Assembly: GCA_013265495.1 (NCBI GenBank)
Contig: MU060720.1
Coordinates: 181,425-245,424 of the forward strand
Origin: Vicugna vicugna
Lineage: Eukaryota
Length of the DNA: 64,000 nucleotides
Direction: 5' to 3'
Part shown: positions 1 through 11,506 of the stretch, piece by piece
How the letters are laid out: each line of letters starts with the position of its first letter
Position numbering within the stretch: the stretch's first letter is position 1
Program-made: the position numbers and the translations under genes
The notes under the pieces: model-generated
The model's database searches: none
Told to the model about the DNA's origin: nothing
What the model saw: only the letters and a program-made list of their open reading frames with translations

Positions 1-8
1 TGGAACAG
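1..8 (+). CDS. TNS3: 3' end of an upstream TNS3 exon (..L-E-Q, phase 0); UTR in the canonical isoform, coding in a long isoform
   Basis: TGGAACAG|GTAAGC is a near-consensus donor. It is in frame with exon 13732-13784. Confidence 0.7.
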
Positions 9-3000
9 GTAAGCCCTCGGCCTCCCCTGGGGCTCTTCCTGCTATGCCCTCTCTGGGGAGCCTCCTGGTCCCTCGAGGGTCCCGTCCGTCTGGTTAGCTA
101 CAGCTCCCCCTCACGGGGCTCGCAGGGACCCCGGGCCTCCCCGCACTGGTCACGTGCACGCCGTCCTGAAGATGAACGAACCGTGCACGCCTCCGTAAGA
201 GCACCTTTCGGATCCGTGACAGTTACCTTCCGGGATTCAGTTCCTGAGCCCGAGTTCCCCGGCCGTGACGTAAAGATGCCACTTGCCTGTTTCTCTTAGT
301 GATAAAGGCGCGGGCAAAGCCCTGAGCCCAGGGCTCTGTGTGGGTGGCACGGTGCCGCGGCTCCGGAACAGGACGCTCTGTCAGATGGAAGGTAAACACA
401 GCGATGACGCTGTGTCTTTGGCAAACATGAATGGCTGTCTGCTTTTTAAGTGGAAATGTCCTTTGAACGGCCTGGTCCCTCTGGGTGTTGTCTGCTGACC
501 CTGATGGTTGGAGACCGGGGGTTCAGCCTGGTGTGGAGGACTGAGTGGGGGCTCCCAGGACCAAAGGATGCCGGATTCCCACACGTGGAGGTGACTCGCC
601 GTGGGGGCGCCCGCCTTCCCCAGCCTCACCTGTGCGGGGAGGAAACAGGTGTGCCCGTGTCTCCTCCGGGCCACCTGCTGGGTGAGTCCGCGGTGCTTCC
701 CAGGGAGGATGCGACCCCGCGCCCTGGGCCCCGGTGTTGCCATGTACGGAACCACAATCATGGTGGAACTTTGCCACCTGCTGCTTCCGGTGCCTCTGAT
801 GGCTGAGAGCCTGGCGGCCTCTACACCCAGGGGGGCCTTCCCTGCAGCGGCAGTGGATGCCTTCCAAGGGGCTCAGCTCTGTGTCCTGGGTGTGGCTTCC
901 TCCCGGAAACTGGGGGGGGGTGCCTGTCCCTGCTGGAGGGGGAACGGTGGGACGGGTGCGGGCAGGGTGGTGTAAGCAGCCGGCTGTGTCTGGTGGAGCT
1001 TTGGGGACGCCCACACGGTGTCACTTCTCGGGGCAGAAAGCACAGAGGCAGCCTTTCCCCGCCCGGCCCGGCACTGGCCAAGAAACTCCTGGCGCTGTGT
1101 GCCTGGCATTTAGGATCAGCACGGATGCACCTCCCGGTGACGCCAGCCTTCCGGGTGCCACCTTGGGAACCACGGGCCCAACCAGGCCACCTGAGAGCCC
1201 GGTCCCGCTTCTTTCTCTGTTACCTTCACTGAGTTCCTGCACTGTCCTGCGAAAGGCCACCTCGGCTCACCCAGAGACTTGGGGGACGGGGCTGAGAAGG
1301 GCGAAGGGGGCTCCCCAGGCCGCAGACCCTGAGCGGCCGTCGCCTCCGGTCTTGGCCTCTTTTGCTGGCCTCTGGACGTTCGAGGCGAGACAGGCATGTT
1401 GGCCCTGCTTCTGAGTGTTTGAACCCCACAGGGACACCTGAGCAGGGACCACTCTGTCCGTGTGGCTGGAGAGGACGTCGGTGGTGATTCCGTGCCCCCC
1501 GGGCTCCAGACCCCAGCTGCCCTTTCCTTTTATTTTTTAATTCAAAACCGTTTTGAAAACTTACTATTTCTATACCCGGAAAGACTGCTTTTTGTTCACG
1601 TTAACATCCACGCATTTTGATTTTACTTCCCTCGTTTTTAGCAACTGTAGCATTTTTTTGAGTACTTTTCATATTTGCTGAACACGGCGTGCAGCATCAC
1701 CGTGTGAAAACGCCCCGCAGAGATGAGCATGTCGGGCCTCCCCGGCCCCCGGCCCAGCCCCCTTGGCTGAGGCGCACAGGGTCCGTAGGGACCCGTCCCC
1801 GTCCTGTCCCTCCTGTATCCACGGTGGTCGCGGGCAGTCGTCCGCCTCCGCCTTAGGGAGCAGGTGTCTTGCCTCCTCGACCCCCGAGGCTGCGCTCGGT
1901 GGCCAGCTCTGGGTGTGACTGTGCCTTCCCACACGTCTGTGTCGGCCCCCTGACCGGCTGTGTCCTGTCTCCTGCAGTGCGGGGCCCCTTCTCCTGGGGG
2001 CGCTCCGCTGCTGTGGGATGTCGCTGTGTGCAGGGAGCCCTCCCGGGAGGTGGCGGGGTGGCTGCACCCCAGCTCCCTCTAGGCCTCCGAGCCGCTGGGT
2101 CTGCTGAATTCCTGGGGCGTTGGCTTGCGGCACGAGTGTTCGGACACCCCCGGTCACAGTTCACCATTCCGGCCAGAGCGGAGGCGTCGGGGGTGCCAGC
2201 CGGCTTCCTGTGACTGCGTCGGGCCCGCGGTTCTGCTCTGCCAGGGTGTTTTGTCGGCCAGGCGGGTGCCCTGGGGACACGCGAACGAACCAAGGACCCT
2301 TCCTCTGCTTGTCGCATCCGCACCCTTGGCCGTTTGCCCTGGTGCCCGCTTTTCTAGAATGTTCTTGGTAGCAGGCCCTTTGGTTAATTTCGATGGTGTA
2401 AAAAGTGGGTGTGAAGTTCCAGAAACACACGGGCTAAAAATGGAAACCTTTTGGATCCGTGACAGTTACCTTCCGGGATTCACTCCCTCTGTGAACGGTA
2501 ACCTTGCTGATGAACCGTGCAGCGGGCTCCGGCTCTCCTGGGAGCCGCGCAGCAGGGACGTGGCGTGATTGGCACGTGCCTTTGCAGCGCAGAGGGGGAG
2601 ACAGTGCCCCGTGGGAAGTTACGCCCTCCGGCGCGGGCTGTGCCGGCGGGGACGGGTGCCGACCCGCAGCGCCCAGATCCAGTCCAGGGACTGTTTTGGG
2701 GGGCGGCAGACACAGGCTCTGAGGGGCACCCCTGTTGGAGCCTGTGGCTTTACGTGGCTGGATGCTCTGCTGTCTGTCTGGGTCACACCTGGGGGCCTCG
2801 CCCGGGATGGGGTCTGCCAGGTCGTGCGACGGGTGCATCCCTGCTTTGCTGGGTGACTGTGATCTTTAGGGATGGGCGAGGGGGCAGGTCGCCAGGACCG
2901 AGTCCTGTGTGTGTCCTGGCCGCTCTGGAGACGCACACGCCGCTCACACACACAGTGTGGCACAGAACGAGGGGCCGGAGCCCGGCGGGTCCCCCCTGCC

Positions 3001-4056
3001 CGTGACCGTAGGACAGCGAGTGACCCTGGCCAGAGTCCTCTCGCTCTGGGCGCCACGTCCCTCTCCTGGAGAGTGGGGCCGCTCCCACGTGCCCCGCGGG
3101 CCCCTGCGCGGTTGGGGGGAAGTTCCGGGTGGAGATTCTCAGCGGGGGCTGGGCCCCCGGAGCGGGCACCGTGGGTGGGAAAGGGCCTCGCCGGGATCCG
3201 GCGGCTTCGGGAGGGCGGCCTCAGTCCCTGTGGCCTTCGGTGTTGGAGGCTTGTTTTGGATCATTGCTCTTCTGCCGTCGGCCCGGACGGAACCAGTTTG
3301 GTCAGTTCCAGAGCGTGTCCTTGGCTGTGGGAGGGTGAGGGCCCCTCCAGACAGAGGCCGCCCGGAAGCCGATGGAGAGAGCCCGCGGGCAGGATGCAGC
3401 TGGCGGGCGGGGGCGATTGCAGGGCCTTTTATGACGCGCCAAACGTGGCCTGACAGCTTCTAGGACTGTCCAAAGCAGGGCTGTTTGCTTTTCCACCTTA
3501 TCTTTGCCTTTTCCCTGCTGCCCGAGGGCGTAGACTCAGTGCACCAACGGAAACTCTGCTGGGGGGCAGGTGTCGCTGTCACTGGGACCCTGGGTCCACG
3601 TGTCTGAACCAGCCGCCCAGCCACACCCACGGGCCACCCCCGGGGCCGCCGTCCCCGCAGGAGAGGCCCCCAGTAGCCGCCCCGCGCGAGTCTGAGAGGT
3701 GCACGCTCTTCAGAGCAGCCTCCGTCCTTGAAAGAGGCCACGGGCTGCGTGCAGGAGGCGGTCGGGGCGGCCCGGGGGCAGTGCGGGCGCGGCTCGGACG
3801 CAGGTGCGGGCCCTCACCTGGCGCTGGCACTGGCTCCCCCATTGTCTTTGCTTGGCCCTGGCGGTTTCTCGCACTGGAGGAGAGGCTGTGCGAGAACAGC
3901 TTCTGAAATCTGAGTCCTCCGTTTACCGAACGCAGATGGCTGTTTGTCTCTGTTTAATTAAAGTGAGGACAATGGGTAGTTTCTGCCAAAGGTGACACCT
4001 GGAGTCAGGTTACCGTCTGAGGCTGGCGTGCGCAGGCTGGGTGCTGGCAGCTGCGC

Positions 4057-4078
4057 GTGTGTGTGTGTGTGTGTGTGT
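4057..4078. repeat. (GT)11 microsatellite
   Basis: Read directly. Confidence 0.95.
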
Positions 4079-6984
4079 GGACTTTGTCCAGCCTGCTTTG
4101 CTTAAACTCACAAAGGCAGAGGACGTGACCGTGAGCGGCGACGTTGACCCAAGGGCAGCGTGACTTCAGGACACGTGCCCGTGAGCACGGGCTGTCAGGG
4201 TCACCTTTCCCTCCGGTGGCCCATGACCCATTCTCTCCGAAGCACTGAGCTGTTGCAGCAGGAACGCCCACCCGACTGCGTGACTGGAATCGCGGGACGG
4301 AGGAGAAGGGATCTCCTCAGAGCATGTTCCCTTTATTTCACTGCAGAATTAGGTAGAAACAGCACCGTTCCCACGGTCCGCCTGTCCCACGCTGATATGT
4401 AAGGAAGTGTCCCTGGGGCTCAGGGAACCCCGGTCTCCCCTGCCGGCTGCAGCCACGCAGACTGTGCGTGAACTTCTTGTGCCCGTGGCCACTCAGTGCC
4501 GGTGTTCCTGGGGTGCTGGTTCTCCTGCGGCCCCTGCAGTGAACTTCAGAAGTCTGGAGGCAGGGTGCCTAGACGGCAGGGTCTCAGCTGAGTGAGAAGC
4601 GCTGTGTCCTGGAAGTCGCAGCCACGCGGACATGGGCTGTCCGGACCCGAGGCCCGGCTAGGGTGGGAGGAGCGTGGTGGGCACACCTCTGGGGGAGGGG
4701 CCCGGGTCACAGGGGTAGGAGGGGGCGCATGTGAGGTCAGCGCGTGTGGGCCCCCCCTGCCCCTGCAGGCGGCTGGAGGGCCTGTGTTTGCTCTCGGGGA
4801 GCCTCCGGCCGTTTCTCCTGCTGCCACTTCCACAGACGCTGGCTGGTTCTGCGTCATCTCGGCAAGGATGGACGGATGGATGGACGGGTGCACAGAGTGT
4901 CCTGGGATGCGCAGCTCGGGGGAAGGGCGGGGGCGTTGAGGATCGGGTGAACCTGTGTTGAGATGTGGCCTGGGGGCTCCGTGTGCCCAGGGCCCCCTCG
5001 GTGGTCCTGACCCCCCACCCCCGGCCGTCCCAGAGCAGGTGCACGGGCTCCGGGGCTGGGCTGGTGATGTCACCGCTCCACTTCAGTTCTCAGTTGCGCA
5101 CTGGTTGTCCTTTTGTTGGTGGAGGTTGGGAGCTGGACTGGCGTCAAGTCCCCGTGGGCCCAGGTGGGATGTGGAGACCCCTTCCCTTCCTTCCAGGCCA
5201 GACTGGCAGAGCCCAGCCCGTTCCCATTAGGGGAGAGGGCCTGACCTTTGCCCCGGCCTCTGCCTGCCACTGCGTCGTGGCCCCCTGCCCCCACACACCT
5301 GGGCGTGGATCCCCCAGGAAGAGGCACCTGCCTCCGCCCTCCCCTACCCCAGGCCCCACTCCCTCCCACACCTGAAGCAACACCCTGGCCTGCGACCTCG
5401 TTCAGCCCCGAGGGGAGAGCTGCCCGGGTTTCTGGGAAAGGTGGCGGGGAAGGGGCCAGGCTGTGTCTGGTTTTCCTCAGCGGGGCCTCCCTCCAGGTTG
5501 GCCACCCGGAGCCTGCCCCTACGTCTCACTTCTGAGGCCGAGGGACCTCCCTCCACAAATTAAGAAAAAACCCATTTAAGCTACCCGCCTTGTCCTGAGA
5601 TTTGAAGGCCGGCGGGCCACCTGCTGTTGGTGGTGGCAAGGCCCCCCTGCAGGTGTGGGGACCTTGAGATGCTTCAGGGACACCTAACCCAGGGCAGCAA
5701 AGAGCCCGGCTGATTATCAGATCCGCAGGGACGCTCACCCCGTCTGTTCCCGGCCCGTCGGCCGTCAGCGCCCCTGCCCGCCCACCGCCAGGTGGCCCAC
5801 ACGGCCCCGCGTCCCCCCGTCCGCGCTCTGGGGTGACGGCTTCCAGAGTGGCAGCTCCCCCCAGTAAAGGGCCGAGGAAGTGTCCTCAGGGGACAGGTGG
5901 GTCTGCCCCACGTCCCAGGCTGGACGCCTGCAGCGGGCGGGGAGGAGCGGCTTGGTGGGTCCCGTGGCCGTCGTGGGGGTTAGCCATGCGGGTGCGTGGA
6001 GACCGAGGTTCTGGGTGATCGGTGGTGGGAACTGCGGGACTTTTGAAGGGAAGCCACTGCTGCTTTTTTTAACACCCCGAATCGGGTTCCCACAGCACTT
6101 GAGTAACCGGAGTGTATTTTTACCTGCAAGAGGGGCTGGTTCGAAAAACCAGACAGCAGCAAGGTCCCCAGAATCTGTCTCTGCCGGGGAGCAGCGGCCG
6201 GGGGCCAGGTGACCCTGCCCGTCTGTCTGGGAGCCCGGGGGGTGGAGTTAGACCCCCCCCCCGCCGGGGGCCCTGGGCCCCGGGCCCCCCCCCCCCCCGC
6301 GCCCCGCAGAGTCTGCAGCGGGCGTGGAAGCCGGGACCAGGGGCCCCCATCCGGGCTGTCACAGCTTCAGCTTTGTGACGGCGAGGCGTCCTTCTCTGAT
6401 CTGCACAACCTAACAGGTGCTTAAAGAAACGACAAGTCCCTGTTTGTTACCCTTCATGGGGTGCTGGGGGGCCAGCTCGTGGAATTGGGTGCAGGGACGC
6501 AGAAAATGTTTAAGCCTCTCTTCTTGCACGAACAGCACTTCAGGGTTAAACATAGATGAAGAGAGAAAGTTTTCGTTTGGTGAGGAATTCTGGCGGCTGC
6601 CGAATGTTGAGAAAATGATGGAGTGAGACCAGCCCGCGTCTCAGACGCTGGTCACCGGACCGCGGGCTCCGGGCTGTGACCTTCGGTAGCCTCCTCGGTC
6701 ACAGAAGGAAGCGGGTGAGGTCACGTTGGCCTCACATGAAGGGCAGTCTGCCCGTCCGCTGGGTCCCTTCCGGAGAAACCAGAACTACAGCGAGGCCAGA
6801 CCCACCCTCAGCTTGCAGGAAACGCGGGGCCAGGGCGTCCTGGGAGATAATTCCAGCGCGGTCAGCGGCTTCCAGAATGGGGAAATTCTTACTCGGTGAA
6901 CAGAGCCCCTGTGGTTTTCAAATAAATTGCCAGATGAGGAGGAGGAGGAGGTCCCTGCATTGTAACAGGACTGAAGAGATGGAT

Positions 6985-7330
6985 TAAATCAACGTGGTGG
7001 GACTTGATTCCGAATCAGACGGTCAGACCGTAACCAAACAAAACCAGAGCGAAACTTGTAAGACAGGGACCTCTGAGCATCGATTACACATTTGTGTGCA
7101 AATATGATTGCGTGTTTGGTTTGCATTAAGGAGGGATGGCTAATGTATTTTGTGGTTATATTTACAAAAAAGTCTGTTTCCTAAAGATGCAAATTGAAGC
7201 ATTTACAGATGAAGTCATGTGACCTCCGGGGTGGGCTTTGCACGTGAGCTCGGGGCTTGGGGGCCGGGGATGGAGGCCCAGCGACCGGGAGCTGTCTCCC
7301 TTCGTACGGTTTGCCCGCCGTGTTTCACGG
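6985..7330 (+). mobile_element. Degenerate old L1 (L1MC/MD-like) 3' end fragment
   Basis: Resembles recalled consensus, e.g. gaagcatttacagatgaagtcatgtgacctccggggtgggcttt; strongly diverged. Confidence 0.4.
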
Positions 7331-10300
7331 TCCACAGCCAGCTCACCGCCCTGCACTGTCCTCTCTTCCAACACCCGATGGCTCAGGATTCGCCCGCGAG
7401 TGGCCGGTGTGGCCGCCCCAGGTTCCCCTGTCGTGTTGTTGCATAATGTCCACCCATGATGACGCCTCTAAAAGTCCCCGTTTGGGCGTCCCCAGGGCTT
7501 TGTGAAAGCTTAGAGGGACCCTGGAGGTGATCTGGCCGCACCAGCCCTCTGGGTCAGCTCCCCGCCCTGGGTCTACCCGCCCCGATCGGGTCTGAGCTCC
7601 GCTGACCAGGCCTCCTCCCCTCCCAGGATGCAGGGCTGACCAGCCAGGGACTGATGGGGGCCTGCAGGGCTGCTTCGCTGGGACCTCTTTATTTGGTTCT
7701 TGGGGGCAAGACAGTTTAATTCCAGTCGGCAGACCGAAGGACCCAAGCTTTGACGTGGCTTTTCTGGCTGCTGCAGCCAAGACCTGCTTTCCTTTTAATG
7801 CAACATGTGTCTGTCTTCTTGAACGTAATCCCTTGTCATCCAGCCTTTAATTCCACACTTTCTGTTTACCAGCCCCCCATGGTAAGCATCTCCAATGTGG
7901 GGAATGCCCTCGCCTGTCAAAAGGGAGCCTCGTTTCAGAGATTCTCCCAAACGGCAGGCCTGCCTTCTCCGGACCCCTGGTGTGCGCCTGACCAGGGCTC
8001 CCCGGCCGCCCTCTGCAGGGAGACCCCTGCTCGGGGAGGGGGTGTGGGGAGGGGCCAGCGGCCTACAGACCCAGCCTTGGGCTCCTGGGCCTCCCTCGAG
8101 GGCCTTCCTTTATTTCCACAGACACGCGGGCCCTGCTCGGGACGCCCTTGGTCCTCGGAGCTGGCGGACAAGCCCGTGGGGCCTGGTTTTGATTTGTGCA
8201 CTGTCTGTCCAGGGCCCGCCTGGCAGGGGCTGCCCCTCGCTGTGTGTCACTGGACAGACGTGTGAGAGGACGGAGGCCCTGGTCTGCCTCCGTGTGTCCA
8301 GCGCGTGGGGCTGGCGGGGACGCCTCTGCCGGTCTCTTCCCTGACCTGCTCTGAGCCGGATTCCTCCAGCTGAAGTTGGTCCGTGGTTTGTCCTGGAGCC
8401 CAAGAAGGCACCGTCCTGTCCTGGGCTGCGTGGCCGTCCCAGCAGGGCAGGCTGGTGGGCTCCTCGGGCCCCTCCCCACACCCTGGGCCCTGCGCTCAGG
8501 CCAGATCCTGGCCGCGGGGGGCCTGCCCCTCGGCCCGTGCTGTCGGCACCTGAGGGTCTCTGGCTGTGTGGGGTGGCTTTGCTGCCCCTCGGTTTCAGTG
8601 GGGCCATCCTGGTGGGAGGCCTGGGCTGGGGCAGGGTGGGCCTGCAGGGCCGGACGCTGCCCGGCTGGGCCTCCCGGAGTGGCCTCGCCTCCCTGCTGCA
8701 GACGCCCTCCCTCTGCGGAGAGCTGACCTGGCCTGGCGTGAGTGACGGGCATTCTAAAGAGGGCACCGGGTCTCTGCTGGGCCACAGGTCACCCCGGCCT
8801 GCTCCGAGCGTCCTGCGTCACTCACGTCAGGCTGGGCCGCCGTCAGGAGGCTGCTGTTGGGAACTGGGCGTGTCTCTGAGAGCCGGGGCCCCGCCCCGCG
8901 AGTCCTCTGTGCCCACCGTCCTCGGGGCGCCTCATCATCGTGATGTGAAATGCCAGAGTTGGGTTGAGCCCCCTCCCCATCCTGGGCTGCGACGGTGAAG
9001 GGTCGGGCTTTGCACTCTGGGACTGGGGCCTCTGGACCTTTCCGCCCACCCAGTGGGCCTGTGAGACGGCCACTGCCCGGGGCTGGGAACCGATGCTCAG
9101 AGGGGTGGAAAATCCCGCTGACGTGGAGGTAAAGGGACGGGTGGCCCGGTGACTCCTCGCCCCCACGGTCCCGCTCAGGAAGCCCCTGCTGTCCTGCGGG
9201 GATGGTGCTGGCCCAGGTGGAGACCCCCGTGTTTTCCTCCAGAGCCCCCCCAGGCCGTCATGCCAGGGGCGGGGCTGTGAGGGCCACGTGGGCCCCCCGC
9301 CCTCCCTGTGGTCCTCGTGGGAGGAAACGCCCCGGTAGGAAATACTTGATACGAAGGGAAAGCTGTGTAAGACGTGATTATAGAACGAGCCACATGCATC
9401 TCCCTCTCAACTGAGCGGACAAGCCCCTCCGCCGGCCTGCAGTGTAGGCAGCTGGTGGGGGCGGGTCTGACAGCAGGGCCGGGGCTCCGGTCTGGGCGGC
9501 CCCCTGTCCCCGCCCGCCGCTCCGGCGTCCAGTGAGCCGGCTGCGTCCGGCCCCGGGCAGGTCGGGTCACCTGCTGTCCTCCTGGTCTGACGTGCGTGCA
9601 GGCGCCACCTCCCTCTTGTTTTGGCCGCCTGGGAACCCGGAGCCCAAGGAACAAGACGCTTCCGGGCGTAGCGGAGGTTTCACAGCGCCCGCTTTTCCTT
9701 TCTGGTCCAGTGATGAGCTTTGTTCTTGTTTTTGTGTTTGCTTCCTGGTTCTGAGCTTGTTAACAAGGGCAGAAGGCGGGCGGACACCTGCTGGGTTCTG
9801 GGACGCCTGCCTCGCAGGATGGGGAGCCAGCTCCCCTGGAGGCGGGGCTCCCGTGCCAGCAGGACACAGCCTCCCGCTCAGTGCGGGGCTTGTGGGTCCC
9901 TCTGGTTCCTGCAGGGCCCTGGCAGGTGGCCCTGAGCCTGGCCCGCGTCTCTGCCCTGCACGCCGGGCCCCCTGCTCCCGTGTGCCTGCAGCTCCTGGTG
10001 ATGGAGCCCCGAGCCCGCGCTCCCAGCCTGGCCGCCTGCCCTGGGCCCGCGGCAGGGCGCGCGGGGGCAGCTGCTTCTGGACGGGAAGCCCCTCCACGCC
10101 CCCTTCCCAGCACAGTAAGTTCCACCCGAGGGGGACCTGCAGCGGCCCCACCGTGTGCGCTCGGCACCGAGCCTGTCCCCGGCGCCCTCCTCTGTTTGTT
10201 TGCTTCCGTCCTCGTCCCACGGCAGTGGGCGGTGACGGTTCCCTGGAGCGCGTGGACGGCCGCTGGCCCCTGCCCGTCACTTCCTGGGGGCGGCCGCTGC

Positions 10301-10839
10301 CTGGGACCTCTGCCCAGCCAGCCCCTCTGGGGACAGAGGAGTTGGCGGAGGAGCTGGTCTCCGCCACCTGTTCTGGGGACACCTCCCTTCCTCCTTCCAT
10401 CAGCGTCTGCGTCTCAGAAATCTGAGTGTCTGGGGGACACATCAGCACAGGCAGAGCCTCAGCCTGGACCAGACGCGGCCCAGACGCGGCTCCTCACCAT
10501 GGAGTCGGGGGCGGAGTGCCATCGCTCTAGCTCCCTCACTTCAGGGCGGGGCGTGTGCTTTTTTTGGCAACCCCCGTGATCGCTGCTCACGTGTGACAGC
10601 GTTAAGAAGATAATCAGCTTGGTCCCTGCGTCCTCGCTCTGGGGGACACGGTCTGGCTGGCCGGGTGCCTTTGGGGACGGCTCCCCGAGTCTCACTGCTC
10701 TCGGCTGGTCACTGCGTTTGTGGCGGAAGTTGCCAGTCCCTCCCGGCATCCGCACACGGGGCTTGGTGTTCATCCGTCACGTCCCACGTGCCAGGGGCTG
10801 CTCTGAGCCCTGCACGTGTGTCTCCTTCAACCCTCCAGT

Positions 10840-10925
10840 ACCTCCACTTCCCAGATGAGGAAAATGAGTCACAGAGGTCGCTTCCCGAGGTCAGACCGCT
10901 AGGGCCCAGACCCAGGCGTTGGATT
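10840..10925 (-). mobile_element. MIR fragment
   Basis: cccagatgaggaaaatgagtcacagagg resembles the MIR core in reverse. Confidence 0.45.
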
Positions 10926-11254
10926 CTGATCGGGGTGCTCGACCCCAGCCTGCGCCCCTCCAGGACGTGTTGTGCGAGCTTAATTCTGGGGAAATTACAG
11001 AGCAAACCCCGAATGGTTTTCTGGAACCTTCTAGCTGAGCCAGGAGAGGAGCATTTGGCTTTGGGGGGCTGTGTTGGCGGGAGCCCCGCGGGCAAAGCGG
11101 CGGCGGGGCGGCCTGGTCACGGTGGTCAGTGCTGGGACATCGCAGGTACCCAGGCCTCTCCACCCCTCAGGGTGTTGCTGTCTCTCCTGCTTTGCTTTGT
11201 CCCCATTTGTTTGCACAACCTGCTGACCAGAGTTTGCAGCTCTTAGTGAAAACA

Positions 11255-11506
11255 CAGTTTGGAAAGGACCGGGGGATGGCTCGGTCCCCCTGTGCTGGCC
11301 TGCAGTTGCGGGCGGTGGTCCCCATCAGCCCCGGTGGCCCCTGCAGGGCTGAGACCTGCTGCTGTCTCTCTGTAATGAAGACACAGGCAGTTTGGAAAGG
11401 ACCGGGGGACGGCTCGGTCCCCCTGTGCTGGCCTGCAGTTGCGGGCGGTGGTCCCCATCAGCCCCGGTGGCCCCTGCAGGGCTGAGACCTGCTGCTGTCT
11501 CTCTGT
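11255..11506. repeat. 119-bp direct tandem duplication (11255-11373 and 11388-11506)
   Basis: Copies identical except gatggc vs gacggc; 14-nt spacer. Confidence 0.95.

Noticed and set aside
4336-4357. Possible 6-nt microexon cag|AATTAG|gtagaa
   Set aside because: Weak donor, and it encodes an immediate stop.
6236-6305. Long C-runs/G4-i-motif, and a C9G8 palindrome at 51753-51769
   Set aside because: Common in this GC-rich locus and homopolymer lengths are error-prone; no linked feature.
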